A stretch of DNA of 64,000 nt, from NCBI RefSeq assembly GCF_001447785.1, contig NW_015170898.1:1144549-1208548 (forward strand). The letters are read 5' to 3'. This document shows, one piece after another, positions 37,669-51,668 of the stretch. The DNA is from Gekko japonicus (Eukaryota). The notes under the pieces are model-generated. The model searched no databases, was not told the DNA's origin, and was given only the letters and a program-made list of their open reading frames with translations. The position numbers and the translations under genes were made by a program. Position 1 is the first letter of the stretch. Every line of letters starts with the position of its first letter.

Positions 37669-37879
37669 CTGAGCGGACCCAGGCGGCAGGCACACCGAGA
37701 AGGAGAAGAAGGCAACGGGACACCGTCATTATTATGTAATAACTCGACAGTGGGGTTTAGACAAGATGGGTGGGGTAAGCGCCTGTGGACAATAGGAGAC
37801 AATTGGGGAGCCATAAAAAATGGTGATGGGCGTTTGGGTTCAAGAAAAGCTTCAAAGACGTGCGGCCCAGCGTCACTGC

Positions 37880-37950
37880 CAGGGCAATTAAATTTATGGG
37901 GGCTGTAATGACTGCCCTATCGGTTTGGTGCCTCGTAAATCTCTCGATAA
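37880..37950. promoter_or_regulatory. HB-1-like homeodomain/Cdx-binding element in HOXA4 intron
   Basis: Clustered caattaaatttatgg, gtaatgac and tcgtaaat motifs, characteristic of group-4 introns. Confidence 0.7.
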
Positions 37951-38084
37951 AGGGCTTTGCCCACAAAAGGTTTCTCACGTTTTCTTTTTTTGGGGGAAAT
38001 ACCTCCTCCCTCCCTCCCTCCCCCCTCTCTCTCACACACAGGCACACAGAGGGTCCCGGCTCCCCTTGGAGAAGGTCAACTCAC

Positions 38085-38711
38085 CCGTGCTCACGTGGAT
38101 CTTCTTCATCCAGGGGTACACCACCGGCTCTTTAGGGGGCAAGCGGGGCTGCCGGCCACCGGGGCCGCTTCGCAGTGGCGCTGGGGGGGCTGGACCGGGT
38201 GCTGCGGGACGTGGCCTTGGAGCAGGGGCTGCGCCTGGACAGGGTGGCCTTTCAAGGCGGGAGGAGCGGGCGCTGGAGGAGGAGGGTTGGGGGGCGGCGG
38301 CGGCGGGGAGGTCTCCAGCGGAGGCTGCTCCGGGCCCGCGGTGGCGCCGAGGCTGCCATAGCTGTAAGGCGACTCGGAGTAGTGCGGTGGCTGCGCGGGG
38401 TAGAGAGCCTCGGGAGGAGGAGGAGGCGGCGGAGGAGGAGGTGGCGGCGGCGGCGGCGGCTGGTATCCGGGCTCCCTGCTCGGCCGCGGGTAGTACTGGC
38501 GGAGCGGCGGGCCCGGGTGCTGCTGCTGCGGCTGGGGGTGCTGCTGCTGCGGCTGCGGCTGGGGGTGGTGGTGGTGGTGCTGCTGGTGCTGGTGATGCGG
38601 GTGGTAGCTGCTGCCCCCGCCGCCGTTGCCACCGTGCTGCGAATATTCCTCGCAAGGAGGGAATTTGGGCTCGATGTAGTTGGAGTTTATCAAAAACGAA
38701 CTCATGGTCAT
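38085..38711 (-). CDS. HOXA4: Homeobox A4, coding exon 1 (frameshifted as assembled at ~38134)
   Basis: MTMSSFLINSNYIEPKFPPCEEY in one frame and KEPVVYPWMKKIHVST plus donor ACGG|gtgagt in another. The exon is 627 nt (phase 0) but exon 2 needs phase 1. Confidence 0.93.
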
Positions 38712-41700
38712 TAATTTGTGAAGTGCAAAAATACTAATTTTTCTCGCGTTGTCGTTTTTCTGGGCTCGCCGAGGCCCCTCCCCTTCTCCCCCTTCCTCCT
38801 TCCTTCCTTCCCTCCCTCCCTCCCCCCTNNNNNNNNNNNNNNNNNNNNCGGGCGGAGGGAGGCTGGAGGGCAAGCCCGGGACAATCCCGGCCTGCCTCTC
38901 CCCTTCGGGTCCCGGCCAGAGGAGATCCCCTCCAGTGCGCCCAAGAGGCCCTCCGAGTCAACCGCAGCCCCGAGCGGGAAGGGGCGGTCAACAATGACAC
39001 GGGGCAAGAAAAGACGCGCTCGGAGGCAACAGGGACACCGAGATCTGCCCTGCTCTGTCGGGCGGCTTCTTTGACCTTGTTTCATTCCGCCGCCGCCCCC
39101 CCCCCCAGCCCCGAGCTCGGTGGAGAGAGCCAAAGATGCGTACTTGACTTGTGAGATCATCCAGCTAAAATCACGCAGACTAGTTACCTCCCTCCCCCTC
39201 CCTTAACATCGTACTTTAATCAGGTTGGTTGAGGTACCCTTCCCCCCCATACCTGTTTATGGACGGGGTGGACATTTTAATCCTTGTTTTGCGATTGTTA
39301 GAAGGGGGGGTCGGGGGAGGAGGAGGTCCTTATTCCTGATTAAAGGATGCCTAAGGAAGGTCAGCGATGGGGGGGGGGGATTCTGACGATTCCCATCAAA
39401 CCCCGCTCCCTGGAACAACTTGCGAGGAAGTAAGCGGGGAGAATAATGTATCTAAAACAGATCATCCAACACAGCGTGAGTTTTAGTCTGTATCAGCTCC
39501 CTGGTCCCCAGACTTTTTGAGGATTTGAAAGACGACTGCAAGAACTAGCGACAACTTTATCTTTTCTTGCGCTTAACGAGATTGCGCCGAGCAGCCGCTG
39601 GATGGAGGGGTAGGAGTGAGTGATTGGACGGCTTCAGCGCCATTAATGCGATGATTCGATCCTCTGAAATGCAGCGCACCTAATTGCAGCCAGCTATTTC
39701 TTTCTCTCTGATACCTCTCTAGGGCTTTTAATGTTACTCTTTTACGGTCATTTAATTATTTTTAAATCCTCCATCCCTTGGCAAATTTGAAAGCGATGGT
39801 GGCATGTAATTAGATAGAGGAGCCACAATAAGAGGAAATTAAGAAACAAACAAACACCTAGATAGATATTTGAACCTTGCAGTAGATCAGAGAAGCAGTT
39901 AGGTCATCCACATTCCTGAATGAATGAATGAATAAACAAATAACCCTTCGTAGTGACCAGAATAAAGTGAGAATATTTCCCTTGAAGGGGAAGTTATTTT
40001 TTCATACTCTGAATATTCGTTGTTTTAAAAGAAGGGCATTTACTGCCCTCTTTCATAAGTACCGTAAATATTGCAGTTGGGAAATGTGAATAATCTCTGA
40101 CTTCTGCTACGATTGCACAAAATTGATCTGCTAGCCGCGCAGGAAGGAAATGAAAGCGGCTGCCTGACCTGGGGTAATTGAAATCTGAAGGTTAAAACTA
40201 GCCCACTTAAAAAATACATATTAATGTAGTCTTCTGCTGCATCTATTGAACTTCTGCCTGCTATTTTAATATTTGAAACATTAAAGGACACATGCATTAA
40301 AAATGGTCAGGGACTCAAAAGAGGTACGCCCGAAATCTGCTCTGATTAAACGCTTTGCTTCCTTTTTCCCAATCTACTTTTTTTTAACCCATATATTAAA
40401 CGCATTTTTAGCATGTTTATTTTGCCCCAAAGGTGGATTGTTTTATTGTGGTGACCTCAAATGTGTACTAGGCATATCTGGGTAAAATTTACATCGCTAT
40501 TAAACACCCACTTAATGCACTAACAAACGTCTGTCACTCTGCTCATCATATTTCATATATATATTTTAATACCCATGTGAGTCACGTTGCCCTTATCGAG
40601 GGCGGCGGAATTCCCTTACACTGTACTGGCAGATGAGGAGAAGGGCTGGTTTCTGACTAAACACTGGAAACCCTTCCGTCCCAAAAGGGCAGCAGCCTCC
40701 TTATTTTGCTCATCTCTCAGGGACTTTGCAGGAAGGGCTTTCTCTGGTACCTCACACTCGGGAAAGCACATATGATGTCACTAGGTGCCCAGGCAGGCCA
40801 TAAAACACTGGGAAGCAGCGTGGAGGGCCAGCGCTGGACAAAACGACCCGCGTTTAAAGGCGCTGGGCCGGCCCTTGACGCCTGTGAAATCACAGATCGG
40901 CTTCAGCCCGACTTTACGGCTTAAAGGGAGCAGTGGATCCCACTGTAAGGTGTCACCCCGCCGCCCCCCGCACACGCACACAACGGACTTTGCCCCTTAC
41001 AGAGAGCAACATTAGCCCAAGACGGTTTAAAAGGTTAAAGTCAAGCATAGTTGTTGCTCCCCCCCCCCCCACTGATATGGCCAATGTGTAGTGGAGCATA
41101 CACGCTTGCGCCATGTACTCAAGGCAAGTAAGCTGTATCCATCTCCGCTGAGATAAAGGGAGCCCTTGGATCTGAAAGCTATAGTAAATAAAAGAGAACA
41201 AGGATGACTCAAAAAAAACCCCTCAAATACACCGGTTTTTTAAAAGGAAAAAAAAACACCAAGGAAAAAGAGTACCTTCTTGTGTGTGTGTGTGTCTGCT
41301 GATTATTACCTTCGGAGACCGTCCCAGGGGCTGTTTAATATTAGCCCTGCTGATTACATCTGAGAGCTACGCCTGCTTCCCCGGACTGCTTTCCACGGGG
41401 TGTCTCCTTGGTTTAGCTCGACAGGAATGAATACCGGCGCGGGGCTTACAGGGCTGTAAATCTCCAAGGTCACCCGCGCGGCTCCGCGGCAGCCTGTGTT
41501 CCAGGGGGTTCTCGCAGGCTGCAGAGATGGGCCTGTTCCTTGTCTGCGGCGTTCACGTATCATAAACAAGCGCTCAGCCAAGACCACCAAGAGTTATCTC
41601 TCCAGTGGCCTGGACCAGGGTCCCCCCCCCCCCACCTCCTCTCTCCAGAGATTTATGGCTTCGCCGAGCAACCTCCGAACGAACCTGCACCGAAACCTGG

Positions 41701-41996
41701 CCTCGCCAAACGTCAGAGCCTCACACACCTTTTGCAAACGCACACAAAGGACCACATTTCAGCAATAGGGGACGGTCTCCTTTTTGGACCAGAAAAAAGC
41801 ACCAAAGTTTCGCAGCAGGTCCGGAGATTCACCGAAAGGCAACCTGAGAGCCGGACGCCGATCTCATCTCGGACACAGTCAAACGGCGTGCAGAATCAGT
41901 CCCCCCTCCCTTTACTGTTCACTCCCCATGAACAAATAAGAACCAGTTTACAGATCGGGGCTCCTGTGTGTGCGTGCGTGTGTGTATCCAGGATAG

Positions 41997-42032
41997 ATGT
42001 ATGTATGTATGTATATATGTATGTATGTATGT
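41997..42032. repeat. (ATGT)n microsatellite
   Basis: Imperfect tetranucleotide run. Confidence 0.85.
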
Positions 42033-42357
42033 GATTCATTTAAACTTTTCAACTTGTCCACGCGCCTGGGTGACAGAGAAGGGGAGAGAGACGGATGGGG
42101 TGGGGAGAGGGGAAGAGGGGAGCCGGGGGTTGTGGTGGGGAGACACCCGGCAGCCTGGCTTGAATTTGATTTGCGGCATTTTGAATATAGTTAACCCAGC
42201 TTTCCCTCCTGAATGCAACCCTGCCCCACGTTTCAAAGTGACCGAAAAGTGACACCGGGCGCATTTTGTTTCTTATTAATCTTACACATTGACAGTCTTT
42301 GTTAAATAACAAGGCGTGCCCTTCAGCAAGCGACATTTTCATATTTGTTAGACGCGC

Positions 42358-42374
42358 TGACCTGAAGTTCACCT
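42358..42374 (-). promoter_or_regulatory. DR5 RARE 5' of HOXA4
   Basis: AGGTGA acttc AGGTCA, the established HOXA4 upstream RARE sequence. About 3.65 kb upstream of the ATG. Confidence 0.9.
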
Positions 42375-45300
42375 CGCCCTTGGACTTAGTTTTTTCTTCC
42401 CTGCGAGGTCTTAAAAAGTGTCTTTTAAAAGATGGGGAGGGGGAGAGTGTCTTTGCTCAGGTCATTCACTCGAAAAGGAAAACGGAGAAGAAGAGCTGGT
42501 GGGGGGGGGGAGAGTGTAAACGTTATGAAATGGAACTCATTGATCTGTCTCTGGTTTTCCTGGAATCAGAAAAGACCCTGCAATGAAACGATGGAATCTG
42601 ACTCTCTCCAAATTTGCTATTCCTTTTTCTTATGACTCCGACTTTTTAAGTACATTATTATTATTATTTTCCCCCAAATAGGTAACCATTCAGAGGGAGA
42701 GATCTGGTTGTCCAGGACTGTAAATGGTCCCTTGAAGGACCATAAATATCTTAATGCACCAAAAACGGTTCTTGGAAGAAATACTGTAACGCTTCCGCAG
42801 AAGGCAACACAAGCCCAGACGGCGGTTTTTAGTGCTGATAAATGTAAACTTGTTAAAGAGAAGACAATACTTCTTGAGATGGCTCTTGAAAAAGTTCTTG
42901 AGCCAGGAGGGTGAGGCCAAATTTCTCTTCTGTCCCTTTTACACAGGCCAGTGCTAAACAGACTAGCTCGCTTCCAAACAGACTCAAAGGAATATGATCT
43001 GTGCACGGGTCTGCCTATTTCTCTCTCTATAAATTGATATTTAGCAACACATTTCACCATGTTATTTAATGATTCATATAATGAAGGTTTCACGTGTGAC
43101 TCTACCTGTGAGGCTGGGCAGACATAAATTTTAAATTCGATACACAAGCAACCTATGTTGTCACCAGGTGTTGTAGGTATCGTCTACCCACTGTCTGGCT
43201 TTATTTATTTATTTATTTAAACTCCAATGCAAATATTGAAGAGGAATCTGGGTATTCCGAGAAGGATGTGTTTATACAACGAAGAGATAAAAGAGTCACA
43301 GCTTTTCTGTACATTCTGGCACTTACACGTGTCTATAAATACGAAACTTTTTTAAAAAAGTGTTTTCAAGCCACCCCCCACATTTTATTCTCTCTGATGT
43401 TTTCTGATTTGAACGACCCTTTGGATATATTCGATTAGCAATTTACACTGTGCACCGAATCTGCCTATTAAATATTTTGTGTTTCTTCCAACCTAATGCG
43501 TAACTGTGGCCGCGCATGCTGAAAGAAAACCCCCCTCTAGAATTCGGAAGCAACCCTGTTAGGAAACCCAACTGATCCGTTCAAATAAATAAACACATTC
43601 CCATTTCTTCGAAAGAAAGGGTCCTCCAGACACCAAACAATTGTGTTGTTCGGCATTCAATGGCCCCAGCCTCCTCCTTCAGCAACAGTCAATTACTGCC
43701 AGCAGCGCAGTTTGCATAGGATCCGGAGTAATCGTTTCCGAAAGTCAAATCAGAGGAGACTCACGCTTGGAGTCGTTTGGTTTCGCGGCGACTCTATTTT
43801 ATCTTCCCACCCTATTCAAAAGGGAAACGAGCAATGCGGTCCACCCACCTAAGCATATATTATAACGAATTGGTTGGCAGCTTTTTGTTATCCAGGGAAG
43901 GGATTCAGAATGCTGCTGAAAACTCGCTGAAGGCTCCGCTCAGATGTATTAAAATCCCTGGGAGTATTTGCATCGACCCCGCTAGAATGCGCGTTTCACT
44001 TTTGAAAAACAATTCGTGTCCGTGTGTGTAAAGGCAAAGGAGGGTGGTTGTGACACGCGTGTTCACCTGATACATATTCGGGTTTGGGGGGGATGTGATC
44101 GACCATTCAAGATGAAATACAACGGGTATTAATGTTGAAAAGAGGGATTTTTCTCTCCTTCCCTCGGTAATTGAGGTCATTCAGCCCCTCGAGTTCACCT
44201 GGAGTCCATACTGTGATGCACGCCTCACTCAAAGCTATTTTATCTTTTGTGTTGATAGTCAAGATCTTGGCTATAACATTGACATCAAACTCTGTCTGGG
44301 CGCATGACGAAGAGTGGAGCAAAACGTAAACTTTTGACCCTCAACTTTTTGACCCGAAGTTGTTACGCCCTAACCACAAAGATACACAAAAGCGATGCAG
44401 GCTTCTTTGAGAAGAGGCCGGCCTCTTGTTTGTGTCCATGGCCTTGGTGTTTCCTTTCCCCCCTGAATTTCTAAGAAGTTTGTTATTTTTTTAATGTAGA
44501 TCTTTGTGTGTTTTTTTAAAAGAAACCCAGCGCTCTGTAAAACCAGTTTGCCAAAACCTAGTGAACCAGCGCTGGAAAAACTACCTTTAAAGGCAAAGGA
44601 GCGATAAGGTTCCCGAGGCAGGTGGGTAAGTTCTGGATGTGAAGGTAGGCACTGCGCTTGTGGTCTTTTGTGCATCTAGATGCTAGTGAGAGTTTGCTCA
44701 TTTCTCCACGGTTTTTGTGTTTTTAAATTAAGCAAGAGATCTAACGGGTTTGCTTAGGGAGAAGAGCGTTGGCTGTGAACTTGGTCTAAAGCGAGCTCTG
44801 CTGGTGAGTCTTAGAGGGTGCAGATTTATCTTAGTTTCTGCATTTACTTAACCTGGCAATGAACTGCAAGGGCTGCCATTTATTATCTAGAGACAGACTT
44901 CACCTCGAGCAAGGACTGTTTCACAAAATTGCAATAATTACCCAATAACCTTCATAACAAATATTATTATTGAAAAGCCATTTCGGAAGGGAAGTGTGGG
45001 CTGGGCGAAAAGGGGGACAGGTTCCTTCTGTTCCCTGGAAAGGGACCCGTTGCAAAATGTGGCATCTTCTCTCTGTAGCCATACGACATTGTTTGCATCC
45101 ACGAAAGCAACAAAGACATAGTCTCGTGTGTGTTGGTGTGTATATTTCAGAGGAAATGGTAGGGATGGCTGAAGGAGAACTACCTGAATTTGGGAGATTT
45201 TATGTATATACTATACACATGTTACTTCAAAAATAAACACAAGTCTTGTGAGCATTGTATGATCAATGTTAGTAAAAAAAAAAACCCATACCTACAGTGT

Positions 45301-48300
45301 ATTTTCCGAAAAACCAGACTTTTTCTTCCAAATGTGGCCATGTGCTTGAGGTAAAGGGTAGGAAACAGCCGTGTAATCCATGAGGATGATTGGCTCAATA
45401 AGCCATATAATATATAAAAATGCAATGCCCTGTTATGGAAAGTTAAACTGGCCTTATAGGGGGAAAGAAGAGCGTGTAGTGTCACCTTTTTAGATACAGA
45501 CTAGATGGGGGGACTAGGGATTTTCCCATGAGGCTTTGTTAAGAAGGGCACTAACAGACCTACCTATCATGTGACTTTCAAATCCATTTTACACTTTAAA
45601 GAAACTGGAGCTCTCTAACTTCCTGGCTGTAAACACAAACACTATGGCTGGTCTGGTTCTTACCTTTAGATCACTGACCTGTATCTGATATTCAGAAGCT
45701 CAGTGACTATTATTTAAGTAAAATAAACTGTACCCCAGTCAGTTTAAATACAATACAGTGAACAGGGCAGTCATCGTCAGGAAACAACTTTGCTCATAGT
45801 ATAAATAAATAGATTATGTTTCGAATAGTCTTTCTGAAGAAATTTAATATTTCAATTTTCGTGTGAGTTATTCCTTGTCTGTGTGTTTTGACGTTGAAAA
45901 CTACATTGATATATAGTGACGGTTTTCCAGATATTTATTTGGGGGGAGCTGCAGGGTTTTTGTGGGGGAAGTACAAGCGAGTATGCCACCATTTATGCGA
46001 CTACCCTGAATTTTTCTGCGGATCCCATCTTTCTGTTCAACCATCCAACCCACCTATACATTCAGATAAATGAATGGAACAGAATGTTATGAATAAACAG
46101 GCAGGCAGATAGATGGATAAGTAACTAAAATTTCTAGTCAAGGGACTGTGTTTCCCTATTGCACAACAAAGCGGAAGCTCAGGTAAAATGTTGCTCTGTC
46201 GTACAATGGGCAATAGCCCTGCATGGAAGTAAACCCAACCGCTTTAAGAAGGACTCACTTCCAGAGAAGTGTGGGTCGCAGTTTTAAACCACTCCCTTCC
46301 AGAACAACGTCTCCCATTAATTTAATCTGAGCCCCAGGGTGTCAGTTTGGGTGAGGGATAAACTGGATTCCTGCCCCTTTAAACTGAAGTAGCTTTGCAG
46401 TTTGAACAAGGGAGCTGCCCATTTTACTCGGAGGTATATCCCCTGGGTTTCTAGGCTACTCATTTTCAAGAAAGGGCATTAGGAACCCAGACATGGTCCC
46501 ATTGATAGTAATGGAATGGGATATATTTAAATCCAGGCATTAAAAAAAAAAACTGGACTATGGATTAGGGTGTTTGGCTTCAAGAGCGGCTTGGCTTTGC
46601 ATGGCTACGAAAGTGTTGCTCTGCTTGGGAACCCCACCAGGCCAGCAGCCGCCGCAGCCGCAACAGCAGCCGCAGCATTCAATAGTTGGTGGACTTTTTG
46701 CACTCTGGATTGTGCGAGGTACAATTCCAACCACTCCGTTCAAACAGGTTTACTGACATTGGTGCTACAGGAACGTTGGGAAAGCAGGTGCCAGGAAAGC
46801 GACAAATATGTTTAGGATTAGGTTGTATAGGATTAGTTCTACAAAGTAGCGCTGGAGCTAATGTATAAGGCACTTAAATTTCCCTCGCCTGTTTGTTATG
46901 TATACATCAACTCACTCTTCGGTGTTCAGGGAAAGACACTAATAATCTAGGAAAGGGGGGGGACCCTGTAAAAATGGCAATTCACTTATCATGAGAATCT
47001 AGAAATATTGTAAGAAACTTTCCTAACCTTCAAAAAGTGTTTCGGAGGCAAAGCATAAAAAAACCAGGTTCTTCTATTTCGGGAACCTCTTGCCGTAGAG
47101 GACATTTTAAAATACAGAGTAAGTGTCGTTAGGCTGTCAGACACCCTCCAGGCCTTAAGTGAGGTAAGAAAAAAAATAGGAGGAAACGGGGCCCACTTTG
47201 GTTGAAATATTTCACAAGCTTTTGGGGAGTAAATATCCCAGGACCACGGACTTTCTTCTGACCAAAGATCGGATGCTAGTTCTTGCAACGGGAAGAAGAC
47301 TGTTCTTCTAGGATCCGAATGGACTGTTTACCCACAGGAAAGAATCTAGTAAAACTGCTACACGACCAGGTTCTTATCAAGAAAGAGGGAAACCTCCACT
47401 TTAAACCCCCAATATTTCAGCAGCCCAATCACAACACTTTCCAAACTAGAGAATCTATCAGTCCATCTATCCTCTCTTTTCAAATAATTAGGTTTGCGTC
47501 ATACCAGATCTTAATTCACCTGCATAGAATTTAATTACTAGGAAATACAAAGACATTACTGGCCTGCCTACGGCTGGAATGAGTAAGGATTTCCAGGATC
47601 TGACCCTGACTCTACCAAGGAAGAAAGGGAAGAAGGGAAGAAGCCCAGCGGGGAAAGAAAGGGATGCTGTTTCGCGCTTTCTTTCAACCCTGCAAATTCA
47701 AAGACCTAAAGTTAAATCCGGCCATAAAGTTTATTGCTGAGTAATCACACTCTGGTGAGAAGAGTCTACTTAAATAAAAAGAATGCTGATAATAAACAGG
47801 CAGCTGGGGCCTACCCTGCAATTGCCAGCCAGTAAAAAAATAAAGATATCTATATGGGGGGGGGGTATTTACAATCGCCCATAAACCTCGGCTGTCTTTC
47901 ATAATTTCAAGTACTCTAATGGGATGTAGGAGCTCCTGTTACAGTCAACTTGGTCCTTCCAGAAGAAAGAAAATGGTGAAAATACACTGGCATAATTGTG
48001 TACGTTGTATATGGAGACACACACATATAGGTAGAGTCGGTTCTGAACACAGAGAAATCCAAAATAACACAAACACAAACTCAACAGCGCCAAGAGCAAC
48101 TCCCACGTTCTAAGAGACAAAAAGTTTCTCCAGTTCTGATACATCCACAAAGAGAGGGATGCTGGTCAGTTCTACAGATAGCTGGCTGTAGCCTTTTTTT
48201 AAAAAGTCGCCTGCGGTTTTCTCTTCCTCGATAAACAAAATCATTGGAAACTGGGAAGTCCGTGAAGCAAAGGAAGTCATTATCATTTGCTGTAGTCAAA

Positions 48301-48572
48301 GTAATTAAAGTTAGGCCTCAAAATCCATCTCTGCCAAAGTCACTTATTGTGGATTATTTGGGATGTGATTGATAAAATATTGAGTTAACTAACTGCTGAG
48401 CTTGAAGAATTCAAGAAGAGTGAAGGAAAGTCCTTCTCTCCCCCAGTATAAACCTGCAGTCTTTAAAAGAAAACCTTTAGAAATCACTGTGATCATTCAA
48501 GAATCCCAGGCGAGGAAAGCCGAGTTCTCCACCGTACAAAATAAACTCAAGGAACTTGTGCACAGAACTTAC

Positions 48573-48680
48573 CTTAACTTGCCAGGAGCCATTTTTTTTC
48601 ACAAAGATATTGAGAACTTGGGCAATAGATACTCCTGTACCTAAACCTGACAATTGGAATGACCAGGAGGCATCCGTAGC
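48573..48680 (-). other. Non-coding internal exon of long HOXA3 leader (108 nt)
   Basis: Acceptor tttgactcttttgcag| and consensus donor AAG|gtaagt. Confidence 0.6.
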
Positions 48681-48709
48681 CTGCAAAAGAGTCAAATGAA
48701 GTCCAGCGT

Positions 48710-48935
48710 CAGTGAGATTATATGTTATGTGGCATATATTGTTGGATGACAACTCCCCAAAACCATAAAACTTACTTTAATGGCACCACGTGACTTTTTA
48801 TAGCCAGTGAGCCTATCTGTCTGCACTATGGATGATTTTACGATCTAATTCATAGACAAAACCCTATTCATTTGGCACCAAATGTCATATAGCCGGAACT
48901 GGGGCTTACAAAGTTTATTGTTTTATAACTTCTAA
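48710..48935. promoter_or_regulatory. Motif-dense element just 3' of HOXA5 (Cdx/Hox sites, E-box)
   Basis: CCATAAAA, CACGTGAC, TGATTTTACGA, TTTATTG and TTTTATAA motifs. Position matches the Hoxa5 3' mesodermal/Cdx-responsive region. Confidence 0.5.
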
Positions 48936-49864
48936 AGGAAGACATCAATGTACCCAGTCAGTAAATGTGCAAATCTTTAGTTGCTCTTAGAAGCTCAGAA
49001 GAGTTAACCATTCAAGCCCTGGTGGGGGTAAGTAACGTTACATTTCTAGCAAAACTAGCTGTAGCAAAATGTAATAAGAAGAGTAAACCACCCCATAATG
49101 TTTTAAGGAGAAAAGTGGGACGATTATGGGGATGGGTGGGTGTTGGCGGTACTGGATCGTGCTTACAGACTGGCGAGGGTTTGGAACACTGGTCTCCTAA
49201 ATCTATAGGTACAAGGGTAAATCTATGAGAAGACAAACAGGACCTAGAGATACTGAGCAAGGCAGGGTGACTTTTTCCCCACAGCAAACCTTCGGCCGGT
49301 TTCCTCCTGCCCACAAATGTGGATACATAATGTCACGTTCCATCCAAAGAGGAATTTAATAGCTCCAGCGGTATGTTGGGCAATTGCGCTGGGATTATTT
49401 GCATGAGAGATCGTTTCTTCTCCAACTTTGCTCTATTGGGATAGACAAAACTAAGGAGGCACAAACCAGAGTAGGCGCAAAGGGGGGGTGGAGAGAAAGA
49501 AAGGTGGGAAAAACTTACAATAGAAAGTTTATTCGTCCAGTCAGTACTTAAAAAAAACATGTTTTTTTTTTTAAAAAAAGCAGATCACATTTTTGCTCAG
49601 ACAGCCAGACTGTGACTCTATTTTTAACTTCGTTCACAAAAAGAAACAAAACAAAACCGAAAAAGAACTAGACGTTACCGGAGCTGAGCTGAACCAAAGC
49701 CACCTCTAAAGAGTTCGTGCAAAGAGTCATACAAAGGCACAGCAAGGACATACTGTCTGGAATCACAGTTTTCGTCACAGATTCACTATTCACTACACGT
49801 TAGAACACGTTCAGTTGTATTTCATCATTTCACCTCTACAACAGCCATTAATGACACAGGAATT

Positions 49865-49872
49865 TAGGTAGT
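49865..49872 (-). promoter_or_regulatory. miR-196 8mer site in HOXA5 3' UTR
   Basis: Plus-strand taggtagt reads ACTACCTA on the mRNA strand. Candidate polyA signal AATAAA at 49533-49528. Confidence 0.7.
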
Positions 49873-50458
49873 TTTGGATTGGAAATCTTGGCCACAGCTT
49901 GGAGCTATACAGACACTGACACTTTTTGAACACACATGCACGGTTAAGCACAAGCGAGTGCAACACAGAGAACATGGGGGCTAAACAGGAGGGGGAGAGA
50001 AGGGGGGGGAGATCTCTCTCCTGGCCTTTTTCTGTATGTGTGTGTAGGTCTCCCCCCCCCCTTTTACAGTTACTTCAAGTAACACACTCGCTTCATATAA
50101 ATAAGTTAAAACATCTACATTTTTTCCCCAAGACAAAGCCATTCAAGACAAAGAAATGCACGGGGGGGGGGGGGAGCAGATCTACCGGAAACACGCCCTT
50201 AGGGAGGCTCAATTAAACATGCTCATGATTAAAAGATGACGGGGAGCTTCTTTGGCGGAAGCCTCCCGGGGAAGTTGGGGGCAAGTCAACGTAAGGGGGA
50301 AAGAGAGAGAAAGCGGGAGAGGGAGGCATCGACGCCTGGCATTCCACGCAGGGTCAGCTCGTATAATACTGCACAGTACTTTTATTCTCCCCCCCCCCCG
50401 CCGCCGCCGCCTCCCTTCCTCCCTTTCCGGGGAGGAAGAAGCCGGGCTGGGGTGGCTC

Positions 50459-50968
<510 letters not shown>

Positions 50969-51586
50969 TCAGTCCAGAGGCAACTCAGGCAGAGAGCAGG
51001 CAGAGCTTCCCTCCCCAGACCCTTCAGACATTATGCCTTGCGAGTCAGCACCCCATGCTTTCGAGGGACTGCCTTCCTAGCAGTGCTCTGTTTTCTGGAC
51101 CTAAGTTTCTTGGCTATTTATTAGACCAGGGTACAAAAAGGTAATCACACAGAGAGAGAGAGAGAGCACCTTTCCCAAGCCCAGCTTGAAGGCAGACTTT
51201 GGGCGGAAGTCAAAATCGGTGAGAGGGACTTCCAAATTTGTAGCGACTTCAGAGCCTCCCCCCCCCCAGTTGTCTCTTCTGAAGTTCCTTTCCACTTCCT
51301 TTCCTCCCAGAGAATCTCCCCCAGCATCCCCCCCCCCACTCTTCTCTCTCTCTCTCTGTATTTGCTCAACTTCTTTTTTTGATATAATTAGTAACGCTGT
51401 TTTTCACTGGACCGTCCTCGTCATAAATTACAGACGGCTGACATTCACTATTCAGGTCTCTCTTTCTCTCGCCCCACTATTTCAAGGACACCTCACGGCC
51501 CTGGAGACTTGGAGGAGAGACTGGCTCGCCCTGCCCGGGACAGCACAGCCCTTTGCAGGAGGGACCAGTGGGTCGCCCCGGATCCA

Positions 51587-51587
51587 G

Positions 51588-51619
<32 letters not shown>
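51587..51619. repeat. (CT)n(CA)n microsatellite in HOXA5 intron
   Basis: Directly visible. Confidence 0.9.
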
Positions 51620-51620
<1 letters not shown>

Positions 51621-51668
51621 ACACAGAGACCACACAGCCGCACCAGTCCACCCTCCTGCCCCCCAGCC

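Noticed and set aside
37925-38737. 270-aa antisense ORF over HOXA4 exon 1, and similar ORFs over HOXA5 and HOXA6
   Set aside because: Expected shadow ORFs of GC-rich, repeat-rich coding sequence.
39000-49500. miR-10 hairpin between Hox4 and Hox5
   Set aside because: No TACCCTGTAGA-type mature arm with a complementary star arm was seen on the minus strand. Partial look-alikes near 43530, 44070 and 46963 do not form the precursor. Amniote HoxA clusters normally lack miR-10.
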